DNA of 64,000 nucleotides from Hamiltosporidium tvaerminnensis FI-OER-3-3 (taxonomy: Eukaryota; Fungi; Microsporidia), in assembly GCA_022605425.2 (NCBI GenBank), contig CM061246.1:1550001-1614000 (forward strand), written 5' to 3'. The notes under the pieces were generated by a model. It saw only the letters and a list, made by a program, of their open reading frames with translations. It was not told the origin of the DNA and made no database searches. Position numbers and translations under genes: made by a program. Below are positions 25,470 through 37,454 of this stretch, piece after piece. Numbering within the stretch: position 1 is the first letter of the stretch; every line of letters starts with the position of its first letter.

Positions 25470-27046
25470 TAGAATTATTCAAAATAGAAGATAGCAGAGG
25501 AATCCCAACACGTAACTCATTTGAAGAAGTACAAAGCAAACTTATATCAAGAGTTGAAAGACTTTTTCACACTATATTCAATGCAAAAAATTTATTTTCT
25601 GCAATCAATCAAAATGCGATATCCTTAATCTACTACCACATAGGAGTATTTCGACTTGAACCGACTGACTTCTCTAAGATAGATGATGCAGGTCATGCGG
25701 TGTTGGTGAAGAATAAGATACATCGTCTTGTAAAGAGCGTTTGTATCTTACTAGAACAGAACTTGGAAGAGGCCTACATAGTGTTGAGTTGCGAAGCGAA
25801 CATATGCTTCTGCAGTTCTTGGATTGTCTGGAAAAAAGTAAAGAAATATCAACTAGACGAGCAGCAATCCTCAAGGTGGAGAATAATAATAAAACCCATC
25901 TTGCACTAATAAAAGGCTTCTTAAAAGTAAAGTACAGGTTGGTAGAAGAAGTCACTAAGAAAAGTTTAGAAGAAGCTCAACTTGCAAAACTATATAACGA
26001 AATAGAAAACGAAAACTTTATTCAAAGTTATATAATGCAAGAAAAAATGAGCTTGTGAGTGTTAGTGACTCTTCAAGATGGCTAAAGAGAGGAAATATTA
26101 GGCCACGCAATGAAGCTGTGTTCTGCTATATCCAGGATAGAAATGTATTCTGGGGAGCAGATGGTATGTGCCAACACTGCAATAAATCTGGTAAGCCTGT
26201 AGATCATCAAACAACTCGATGTTAAAAAATGCTAGGCTATGACTACACCAGACGGCATAATGAAGTGGTTAGATGCCTACACCTACTTCTCCTAAATATA
26301 TATAAGTTTAAGTCTTCAAAACGAATTAGGAGCCACTCAGTTCAAGAAATTCTTGATAATGAGTATGCAGAGATAAGAGTGGACACCAGAATTAAAACTG
26401 ATGTTAAAATTCGGAATAACAGACCCGACATATTTATTTTAGATGAGAAGAAGAATAAGATAACACTCATTGAAGTAGGAATCACTTCCCAAGATTCACT
26501 TCAAATAGTTGAAACTGAAAAACTTAGGAAGTATGACCTGCTAGCCAATGAGTTAGGTCTTATTTATAAGTGTAGTGTTGAGATAATCCCTTATGTGATG
26601 ACCTGGGACGGTATTGTGACAAAATACCATAAATCTCATCTCAAAAGACTAGAAATACTCATAAATGTAGAAGCATACATTCAGTCTATAGTACTTAAGA
26701 AAACATTCGAAACAATTTCCTTCGATCGACGAAGAGGACTTGAGTCAGAACCAAATGCCGAAGAAAGCTGTTAAGAGCGTCAATGGGTGTTATTATTTGA
26801 GCAGAGATGCACGAGGAACCAACACCCCCTTTAAAAGAAGCGAAGAGTGAGGAAGATGGTGCAAAAAATTTTAAACCAAAAAATAATATACCCCTTATTT
26901 CACAAGGAGGAACCACGTTAGCGGAACCGACCAATAACATAAATGAAGAGTCGGATTTTGAAGAAGAAAAAAAGGTAGTTAAAGAGGTAGAAGAAAACAT
27001 ATAAAAAATGTTAAAAATATTTTAACCCAGTGTTTTATTAAATAAA
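25470..27046 (+). mobile_element. 5'-truncated R4/Dong-like RLE retrotransposon (best-preserved copy)
   Basis: YLTRTELGRGL, CCHC knuckle (CQHC...VDH...RC), YTRRHNEVV, RPDI...IEVGITS...EKLRKY (PD-(D/E)xK nuclease); ends in TTTTATTAAATAAA. Confidence 0.93.
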
Positions 27047-27296
27047 TACCTTTTATTTGGAATTAAAATATTTAAAATTATGCGTGAAAATTTATTTAGA
27101 ACCGCTTCATTTCTACAGATCATCTAAAAAAGCAATGTAAATATATTAAAAACCTTTTTATCGAGTTTTTATTGATAAAAATATATGTTAAATGTTTCAT
27201 TAAAGAGATTCGGAATTTAATCACGGTTATTTATACTTTGAAAAAAAAGTATCGCGCTGATTTTATAATAAACCATTTATTTCATTTATTCGTTTT

Positions 27297-28025
27297 GTGG
27301 AGGAAGGATAAACACATAAAAAACTTTCTGCTTGGCAATGAGTGTCTGAAAATGGTATGAGGATCATTGTTTGGATTTTTAGTGAGAATAAAACTACACT
27401 TTTCTTCGGTTGTTCCTGGGAATTGTTATGAGGAGGAGAGGTCTAAGAAATGCGAGACTTTTTCTAGGAATTTATTTGTAGTTTTTTACGTAACCAGATT
27501 GCAGACCGCAGCCGAACTAATAGGTAATTACCATGTAAAAATATGGAAACTACCTAGCCTTGCTCACTCGGATCAGAAGACTTGGCGCCTAGGAGATATA
27601 AAAATTAAAACTATTAAAAACCGAGAGAGCTAAGTAGCAGGTTATACCTGTTGGTATGTCATTGCACTTTCTAGGTGGACCCCATATAAATCTCCGAAAT
27701 ATATCTTAGCTAAAAGTTTATTGGGTTCAGCAAGTGTAGAGTAAGTGGAAATGCTGTATAGTCTTGGAGGAGCCCGAGGGCTTCGGCCTTTGATCACACT
27801 CCATGCAACGGTCATTAACGAACACCGGGCAACTGCCTCGCCTATTAAATTAGGTTCTACACACCTGGTTGATGATAGGCTTTGGTATTTAGGTATCGCA
27901 GGGGGTACTGATGGAGTATTTGGGCAGCAGTTATTTGTGTTAAACCTAAAACCGCGTGAATGTTATGAAAACAAATATAACACTTTCCACTGTTTTAAAA
28001 AGACGCGATACTTTTAAATAAAGTT
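27297..28025 (+). mobile_element. Long non-coding SINE-like element (family L), young copy
   Basis: Starts GTGGAGGAAGGATAA and ends CCACTGTTTTAAAAAG...AAATAAAG; highly similar to the reverse complements of 29074-29811 and 46131-46862. No clear TSD. Confidence 0.9.
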
Positions 28026-29073
28026 TTCCTTCACCAATGTGTTTATTTTACTGCTCTGTAAACTTAATTTAGAAACTTTATCACATCAAAGACGATATAT
28101 TATGGGGAAAGAGTTGATCAAACCATAAATTTTTCTACCTTGAACTGCCGAATACCTTTCTAAACGAATTCTATATTATAATTTCATATTAAAAATAGAA
28201 ATTACAAAATAATTTTATCTGAAGATATATAAATATGCTCATATTAAGAATTTAAAAGTACTTTGCTTACTTAATTAAGAGCAAGAAATCAACAGCAATT
28301 TTAATAAACCACATTATAATCACTAGACTAAGAGCACAAAAATTATAAATTAAACCTGAATTTTTCTAGAAAATGATGCTACGTTTGATGTTTTCTGGAA
28401 AAATGTAATAAAAATTTTTAGAATCTAAACATATCTTTTATCTGCCTGAATAAAAATTCCAAGAAGCCTTATGTCTTATTAAAACAAACAAATTAAACCA
28501 TTGTACGCCCGAATGAACAAAAATGAAAAATGCTGCAATGTAAAAACAGAACGTATGAACGAGGCATATCTTCCATAGAAAAAAAGCTTTGTAAAAGTCA
28601 AACAAAAGACAGAAACATAAATTGAATAAAATACTTAGAAATGAATAGAAAATATATATAAAAAATAAGAATCCAAAAACTAATTTAAATGAATACGGAG
28701 CATAAATAATGAAATAAAAATATTTGCAGTTTCTCAAAAAAGCCGCCTTCTTTTATATTCTATTTCTTAAAATATTTTAAGGTACACAAAAGAACGGCTT
28801 AAATATTATAATTAATCCCAATTTCGATAATCATTTAACAAAACGATGAAAAAAAATCTTGGTGCAAATTTTGGCAGAGAAAACCATCTATACATAATTT
28901 CGATATCGATTATAATATATTTAAAATAACAATTCGAACCCAAAATCAAATTTGGAGTCATTTTGCTAATATCTACAGCAAAATGTGTATGTGAAAGGAA
29001 ATGAAATACTAGAATAAAAAAGTTTCGACAATTTTAAATTTCAAATTAGACATTATATACTAAAAAATAAAAT

Positions 29074-29811
29074 TAGAACAAACTTTATTTAAAAGTATCA
29101 CATCTTTTTAAAATAGTGGCAAGTGTTATATTTGGTTTCATGACATTAACGCAGTTCTAGGTTAAGCATAAATGACTGCTACCCCAACACTCCATCGGTA
29201 ACCCCTGCGATACCTACGTCCCAAAGCTTTTCATCTACCAGGTGTGTAGAACCCAATTAATAGGCGAGGCAGTTGCCCGGAGTTCGTTAATGTCCGTTGC
29301 ATGGAGTGTGATCGAAGGCCGAAGCCCCCCCCTGGGCTCCCCCAAGACTATGCAGCATTTCCACTTACTCTACACTTGCTGAACCCAATAAACTTCTAGC
29401 TAAGATATATTTCAGAGATTTATATGGGGTCCACCTAGAAAGTGCAATGACATACCAACAGGTATAACCTGCTACTTAGCTCTCTCGGTTTTTAATAGTT
29501 TTTATTTTTATATCTCCTAGGCGCCAAGTCTTCTGATTTGAGTGAGCAAGGCTATGTGGTTTCCATATTTTTACATGGTAATTACCTATTAGTTCGGCTG
29601 CGCTCTACAATCTAGTTACATAAAAATCTGCAAATAAATTCCTATAAAAAGTCTCGCATTTCTTAGACCTCTCCTCCTCATAACAATTCCCAGGAATAAC
29701 CGAAAAAAAGTCTAGTTCGATTCCCTAAAAGAATCCAAACCATGATCCTCATACCATTTTCAGACACTCATTGCCAGTAGAAAGTTTTTAATGTGTTTAT
29801 CCTTCCTCCAC
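29074..29811 (-). mobile_element. Long non-coding SINE-like element (family L), young copy
   Basis: Perfect 16-bp TSD TACTAAAAAATAAAAT at 29058-29073 and 29812-29827. Confidence 0.93.
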
Positions 29812-31324
29812 TACTAAAAAATAAAATACACCTATTGCTGTTTAAATTAAGTTAGAGATTCCCTTGTATTAATAAATCCAAAGAATTATAGAAGTAAGTC
29901 GAATTTAAAAATCATTTAGTTGTGTTAAAAGTTTAGCCTTGGATACTTTTATGTAATAAATATGAATTTTTCACAGATAACACAACCGATTAAATACGAG
30001 GTTCAAATATTTGAAAAATAAAGTAATATAAGTCTATAATAATCAAAGAGACCTTTAAACTAGTTATATTGTTTTACGGAGAGATTTGAAATTGTAACTA
30101 TATTGATCTAGGTTACGAAAAATCATAAGAAAAGGAAACTTGCATAAAGAAAAATATGAAATCTAAAGACATAAGGAAATCAAGTACTTGAATCACTTAT
30201 CTCGAATAGAACAACATATCGATTTAAAGAAAATAAAAGATACTTATTAGCAAAAAGAGAAAAATTAAACATAGAGAGATAGCCAAACAGCCTCCAAATT
30301 TAATAATTTCAATTTTTTTGATAGTAATTTAAGAATAATTATTGTTTATGGCTTTAAGAGGTCTTGATTCTAAAAATATAATTCTGGGTAGAATTACAAC
30401 TTTTCGCAATTTATATCACAATTGGCCATGTTTACCTCGTTTCTTTTGGATTTTAAGAATAAAAAATCAATTATATTTTTATTTATATATATGTGAGGAG
30501 CACTGTATTTGGAAGAAGAAACGGTAGTGGTAAATGTGGTAGAAGAAAATGCATAAAAATCGTTAAACATTTCAAGCCAGAAATTTAATAAAAAAAATAT
30601 GAGAAGCACTGTTCAATGTTTATTTATTTTACATTTGAATATATTTTACAAAATATTTAAAAGAAGGTTTAAGCCAATATGTAAGGTTTTCTAACAATCT
30701 TAGCCCTAAACCTTCTTCAATACAATTAAAAAATATAAATATATAAAATCATCGTAAAGTACATAATATATTGTGGTTTAAAATCTAAATATGTCTAATT
30801 TAATATATTGATTCTAAAATTAAATTTTCTACTAAAGCTATATTAATTGATTTTAAAAACATTGAACATAATTTGTAATCTGTTTGAAATAAAATAAATG
30901 TGTTTCGAATTCAAATTTGTTTTTGAAATGTTAACAAATTTATTGTTCTTTGGTTAATATACAAATGTATGGGTGAGAAGTTATTATAAATGATGAAATT
31001 ATAGCTGTTTCTATTTGCTAACTATAAATTTTTAGTAAGAATCGATTGAAATAATGATTGTAATTTAAAAAATTGACACTTGCTTACACTAAAAACCGGA
31101 AGAAATTTCTATTGTTTAACAAGAATTTAAAATTACGATCGTCGAACCAGGTTTGAATCCAGGCTGTTAAACTTTTATACTTAAATAAATTTAAATATAC
31201 GTTATCTGCTTAGTCCGTTTTTTAGGATAGAATGTTCAGAAACGCCGAGATCACACGGGAAACTTTAATTTATCATATATATGTTTATATATAGTGAAAA
31301 AAAACTTCTAGTAAAATAAATTCT

Positions 31325-32490
31325 GGCTTACTTATACTTATTATTTCAGTCCTCTTATAACTCTCGCCTTTGTGTATGAACAAACAGAACCAAAATATTC
31401 TGTCGCTGGTCGATTCCCTGACATTTTCTGAGTCTATTACTCTTTCTTGAAAGACCTTTTTCAATGAGTCAAACCTTTCAGCCTTTGGCTCCCTTTTGGT
31501 CGTTTGCCCTCGCATCTTGCTTCATATGTTCATTTAAGGATTCTTTAATTTTGCATTTTGCTCATATGCCTGAACCAGAGTCATTTTTACCTATATATTT
31601 TCTCCAATAATGATTCCGTTTGAAGACACTGCCTGATTATCTTATTTCTGATTCGATCGTTTCTATTTTTCTCTATATACGTCTCAAAAATCTTATTTTA
31701 GTGGTTTTATTCAGCTACATCTGCTTAATGAGGGCCCATGATTCCCAACCATATATCAGAATAGAAACATAAATTTAGGAGTATACAGACATCTTGGTTT
31801 TAATCGATATTTTTTTCTCTCTAATAATGCTTTATTACTTGCTCCATACAGTCTTCTAGAGGCCGCTATTCTGGCTTTAAGATATTTATCAGGTCTACCA
31901 CGGGCGCTTAGAGTTGTGCCAAGGTATTTAAACTCTTCTACTTGTTTTATAAACTTCGTCCAATCCAAAGGTGGGCTTTGTGTTCTTCTTAGATATTACC
32001 ATTGTTTCCGTTTTGGTTTTATTTATCCTCAATCCTCGTTGTCTTTGCTCTACATTTCAAATTTCTAGATTTTCTTTAAATCTTTTTCTGACTTTAAAAG
32101 CAATACTACGTCATCAGCGTATGCTTTTATTGTCAAATCAATGGCTGTCATAGACCAATTTCCTAGCTTAAATTGTCTAGTTCTGATTTTGCATTTCTTA
32201 ATTATATCATTCATTAAAATGATAAATAAATAATGGCTGTGTACGTCTCTTTGTCTTACAACAGAAGATGTGACAAATTCCTCTGAAAATGAGTTCCTCA
32301 TTTTAACATAGTTTGGTCAAATCTTATAGAAGCTTTGTATTCGTTTGATAAGAATATTTTGTACACCACTTTTGTGTAAAACCTCCCAAAGCTCATACCA
32401 TTACACACTACTAAATGATTTCTCTAGATTCATGAAGCAAGTGTGAAATCATAACCATATTCGATAATCTTCTCTATTACCTGCCGTATT
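31325..32490 (-). mobile_element. 5'-truncated, decayed RTE-clade LINE (RT C-terminal half and 3' tail)
   Basis: RQVIEKIIEYG, VRQRDVHSHYLF (GVRQG-LSP-LF-like), AYADDVVL, VEEFKYLG, ARIAAS; TAAG-repeat tail at 31327-31345. Confidence 0.8.
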
Positions 32491-34809
32491 GTAAAAAATC
32501 ATACTTATTAATTTTAATTTAAACACTAGAAATTTCATAACCTTTTGTAGAACTATTACACTTTGAAAACGAGGCCTCATCTTAAATCTCATTGCAAGTG
32601 AAATAAAAAGAATTGCTAAAAAGCATAGTTTCTTAACTTAAAAGAAAAACAACACATAGTAAGATGGGTTCTATAATGCTATATCGGGCTGAGTATATTA
32701 TTGTTTAAAAATGTTTTGAATTAAATAAATATTGCAAATAAATTCGAAACTTAATTTATCCGAGACTCTAAAAACGAAACCAATATCAAATGACATAAAG
32801 TAATCGTTTATGTTTGTCAATTATATACATGAAATTCATTTCATACAATTAAATTATGCTTGATATTATTTTAAATTATTTTATTCTGTATTTTGATCTT
32901 GACTCAAACCGTTTGAATACTTTGGGCTAAATGATAAATTTACTGAGCTTTTTATAAGAAGAAGTTAGAACTAGGATTTAAATAGTATTGTATCTACCTA
33001 GAAGATAACTTTAAAAAAACATTCAGAATGTTTATCTTTGAAGGGAATTTACGCTTTTAAAACCTGTGTGGTTTTTTTGAAAAAGTAAAGAAAGTTAAAC
33101 TAGAAGAGAAAAAACTAAAAGTGGTAAAATGATTGTAAAAAATTTTGCCGTTTAAAATGCTTCTATCTTGCAAATATTAGATTGAAAGCGTGATTAAGAA
33201 ACCAACATTGGAAAAAAATCTAACTAACAAACCTATATAGCTAAGTAGAAATTTGGAAATCTTTTGTAATGTTTTAAGATTTATGAAATGATGAATTGTT
33301 AATTATTGGTCATCCTTTAAAAAACCTTAGTAAAAAAATATTTTTTATGATTAATCAGTTTTTTTGCTATTCTATGGATACAAATGCGTTTTAGGTAACA
33401 AAAGAAAGTCTAAAAATATCGTTCAATATTATAATAAAACATAAAATTTCGTCACGGATGCCTATAAACTACTGCTACATAATTGCAATTGAAAACCTAA
33501 TCAATTTTTTCTGCTTCTGAATCTACCTCTTTAAGAACAAAAATTGAAAATTTAAAAAGAAGTTGTGTTTAACCTGTTAAATATGCTCTTGAAAAAAAAG
33601 AAAATAAAAATATCAATGAAAAATAGAATAGAAGAACATTAAATTTGAAAAGACTACCATGAAATTTTGTGTAAAATATAAAATTGTACAATAAAATGTA
33701 CATTGGTGTTAAAGATACTTTATTTTGCATCTAATTGTTCCAAAGCAAAAATCAAATATTATTTAGCCTGGCTCTATGCATTATGCTTGCTTGTTTATTA
33801 GTATTGAGATGGGTTCTGCATGCAATTACGTCATATTTAATCCTTTCTAAATACTAATAATGTATATATGCTATATTTTGCATTCAAGTAAGGAAAAACC
33901 AATATAAAGTCGATGTCCTTTAAACAAAGCGAAATATTTCATTTTATAGACAAAGAAATTTATTAGTAAGATTCAAACAGGAACACTCATGATAATTTAC
34001 ACAAGTATATACACCACAAGAAGTAAAATAACACATACTAATATACACTAATTTGATTTACAGACTAGAAAAACGAATGTTAAGTTACACAAAAAACGTT
34101 AAAACCATTTATACCGCTTAGCTGTGCCTAGAAAGACTGGAAACGAAGCATTTATTTGGAATAATATAGAATAAGATGAAAATAGGAAGCATGATGGACT
34201 AAATAGTTTATAATTGATTTAATTTGCAATTAACATGCATTAAAATAATATTATTTATATGCACCAAGTTTTTTCAAAATATTTTTAATTTAATATTCCA
34301 TAACAAGTATAATTAATTTTTGAACCACAATAGATCATTTTTTTAAAAATTTCTTTCTTTAATAATATTCTGCAAAAATAGCGGGATGGTTTCTGGGTCG
34401 AATATACGTTTGAATGAATATTTGACGTCAGATTCCTAGTCCCTTTTTTATAATATTTTTCAAAACAACTAATATTGATTAGATTCAAATATAGTACTAC
34501 CACTTTTGAAATATTACATAAAAATATAAATTTATGCTTCTTTTCTAAAGAGTCGGATGCTGAAAAATATATCAAAATTTGATCTAGTAAAAAAACCACA
34601 CGATTTAATTAATATATTAGGCCGTGGTTAAGACTCGGGATTGTATTTTGACAATACTAGGATTCTTTGTATATAAGATGATATATAAAAAACTCTTCTA
34701 AATTATAGAATCAATCATTAAAATAAATGTCTGTATATTTGAGTTAATTTCTTAAATAGATACGTATGTAATACTTTTAAAATAATTATTTCCTAGCTTT
34801 TTTAAAAGC

Positions 34810-35960
34810 CCTCTAAAGAACTTGGAGGAGGCTTCATATAGTTGAGTTAAAATCAAACATTTTTTTGCAACTCTTTGTTTTTCTGGGAAAGTGTTAAGAA
34901 ACATGGACTAGAAAAACAGCAAGCCTAAAGTGGAAAATAGTAATGATCTCCATCTTGCATTAAGTAAACACTTTTTACGGGAAAAAGGGTTTACAAAAAA
35001 GGTTACCAATAAGAAATCACAAGAAGCTTAGCTGTCTAGCTCTTATTTCGAAATAGAAAAATGAGACTATATCCAATGTAATATAATAGTGGAAATAATG
35101 AGAATTTAAGTGTTAATGAATTAAAACAAGAATTCAAAAATATACATTGCATATCGTGTAATAAGCAAGTATTGTGCTATATTCAGGATAGAAAGGTATC
35201 TTGCAAAATACAATAATGTATCAAATATGCAATTGGTCGGATAAATGCAGAAGCATTTAGCAACAAGCGTAAAAAAAGAATTTTTACAACTATATTAGAC
35301 GAAAAATGAAGTTGTACGACGCATACCTAAGTCTTCCTAAATAGTTATTATTTCAAGTTTATTCAACGAATTAGGAGCCACTTGAATCATCAAATTCTCC
35401 ATAGCGAGTATGCAGAGATAAGAGTGGATACCAGAAAAAGCTGATATCTAAATCTGGAATAATGTACCAGATATATTTGTCTTTGACAAGGGCTAAATAT
35501 GATAGCATGTATTAATATAGGAATCAGTTCCTAATTTTCAATTAAAATAGTTGTAACGAGTAAAATTTGAAGGTATAGTCTATTAGTCAACGAATTGGCT
35601 CTTATTTATAGTGTAGATTTGATACAATTTCTTGTATGATAACCTGGGACGGGGTTGTGACAAAATACCACAAGAAATACCCTAAAAGACGTCAAACGCC
35701 ACTGAATATGGAAAAATTCATTCAATCGATAATAATCAAAACGACTGTCGAATTGTTTCCCTTAATCGACAAAGAAGACTTAAGTCTGAATTTAATGGCG
35801 TATAGAGCCGAAGATGCTTCGATGAGTGCTTTTAGAGGAGCTTAAAATTTCAGAGGAAACCAACACATTCTTAAAACCAGGAAACTAACAAGAAAATGAT
35901 GTTTAAAACGTAAAACCTTAAAATATTTAAACCGTTATTTTAGGGAGGGAACCGACAATA
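34810..35960 (+). mobile_element. Decayed RLE retrotransposon copy
   Basis: Patches match 25750-26940: GAACTTGGAGGAGGC, GAGTATGCAGAGATAAGAGTGGATACCAGA, ITWDGVVTKYHK. Confidence 0.85.
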
Positions 35961-37454
35961 ATTTTCATATCCATAACTTATTATAAAGTAATTTATGGTG
36001 TTTTAGCCGAATTGAGGAAAGCAATATCACTATTTACGCATAGTAAAGTTATTTACATAATTACACTTTCTTTCCTATCTTTCTAAAAGCTGAAAAAAGC
36101 AGATTTTATATCTGAACAAATTATCCAGAGATTCTGCTTTAGGTAATAAAACAAACACTTTGATTTAGTTATTACAGTCATAAATGTATTTTAGGTTCTA
36201 TCTTTTCAATTTTTTTGGATTATAAAAAAAATCAAAAAATATTAATACGTAATGTATAGTATTGTTTTTATCCATAAGTTGCTCGAATTACAGTCGAAAA
36301 TATAAAAAATCCAGAAAATAAAATAAATAGGAAGAAAACAAGAAATTAAAATATAGATATAAATATAAAATTCTTTTCATTATAATTTATTCTACTCTTG
36401 ATACTTATGATGGATAGTTTTTTCCCTCAATACACTCTCATTGTTTAGTTTAACGCAAAACAAATGAGCATCAATTTTTATGCGATGGTCTAATTAAAGA
36501 CTTCTAAAAACGCTCAGAATTTCGTATTTCATGTATTTTATTTGTACCCAAGCTCTTTTCAATATTTGCAAGATCTTATTGGAAAAAAAGCGATTTCATT
36601 ACAATAAACATCACATGCTCCTTGAATTATAGAAAAATACATAGTTCTATTCGACCCTAGAAATGCATGAATTTATCAAGTGCTTCTCTATTAGCCTAGT
36701 GCTTTGAAATACTGCTGAGTCGCTTTATATTGTAGGAAAATGCCGGGAAATGGATTTCGATCTGCTAAATATGTTTTTCCGCCAATTCTTGAAAGTAAAA
36801 AATAATTTTTGAGCTTTTATAATTTTATCAACTGCTTTCATGATCGGATATCTCGGTTTATCTTTATTTTTATAGTAACTAATAGATAATAGGAGTTATG
36901 AATACAAAAATGAATATAAAAGATTGCAGATTTAGAAGTATAATATAAAGTGCTTTAAGAGGTAGAAAAAAAACATTTAGAGGTTGTAAAAACAATTCAA
37001 TCTATAATTTACTTAATTCAAAAATTGCAATCAAAATAATATCACGATAAGTGTTCTTTTGGCATTTGAAATATTGCAAAGTTATCTTAGGTGGTGTTCT
37101 TGGAAAATGAAAGCTGCTGCGCCTCAATAATTAAAATTTTGAGGACAAATAGGTACATTAGATTTTCAAAATAAAATTATAAATATTGGTTAGGAATCAT
37201 AAATCCAAAAGTAAGGCCTTTTATTTAAAAGCAGAGAAATATAAGTCAATAGTTTATTTAGAAGTTAAATATCTAATATTGAAAAACAAAATTTAAAATT
37301 ACACTTTAAAAAACTATAATTAAACATTATGAAATTTATTTTTATGATATAAATATTTTTGTAAACTCTTGAAGTCTAAAAAAATATTTTTATAGGCAAA
37401 TCCGTAACCAATTTTATAAATAAAAAACCAATTTCGTATTTTTGAATTCAGCTA

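Noticed and set aside
27330-27352. Hammerhead-like core in the shared head (GC[A/G]ATGA-GTGTCT-GAAA)
   Set aside because: Lacks CUGANGA (the C3-G8 pair is impossible) and has no helix II or III.
27437-27575. Resemblance of family L to a dicistrovirus IGR IRES (GAGAGGT..AAAT, TATTT, TTTACGT..CCAG, GCAGCC in similar order)
   Set aside because: The stems that should flank the UAUUU and CAGCC loops and the pseudoknot pairings cannot be formed, and no ORF follows. A cmsearch with the IGR IRES model would settle it.
27825-27845. HDV-like words GGGCAAC and TCCTCGC in family L
   Set aside because: Wrong order for an HDV fold and no P3 pairing.
27367-28017. Short ORFs inside family L (88 and 90 aa; also 9982-10197)
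   Set aside because: Non-ATG starts, and the frames are not preserved across all copies.
29714-29726. B-box-like GTTCGATTCCC suggesting a tRNA-derived SINE
   Set aside because: Present in one copy only, antisense to the inferred transcript, and without a cloverleaf.
27297-29811. Composite DNA transposon with long TIRs
   Set aside because: The right arm has its own TSD, arms occur singly elsewhere, and the spacer has no transposase.
31135-31170. tRNA gene (GGTTTGAATCC)
   Set aside because: No acceptor, D or anticodon arms can be built.
32560-34200. Possible decayed ankyrin-repeat gene
   Set aside because: Only scattered G-x-T/S-x-L-like patches with no sustained frame; needs a frameshift-aware profile search.
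28438-34599. Small F/I/L/K-rich ORFs in intergenic DNA and antisense to real genes
   Set aside because: Composition expected from random AT-rich sequence; no motifs and no CCC start signal.
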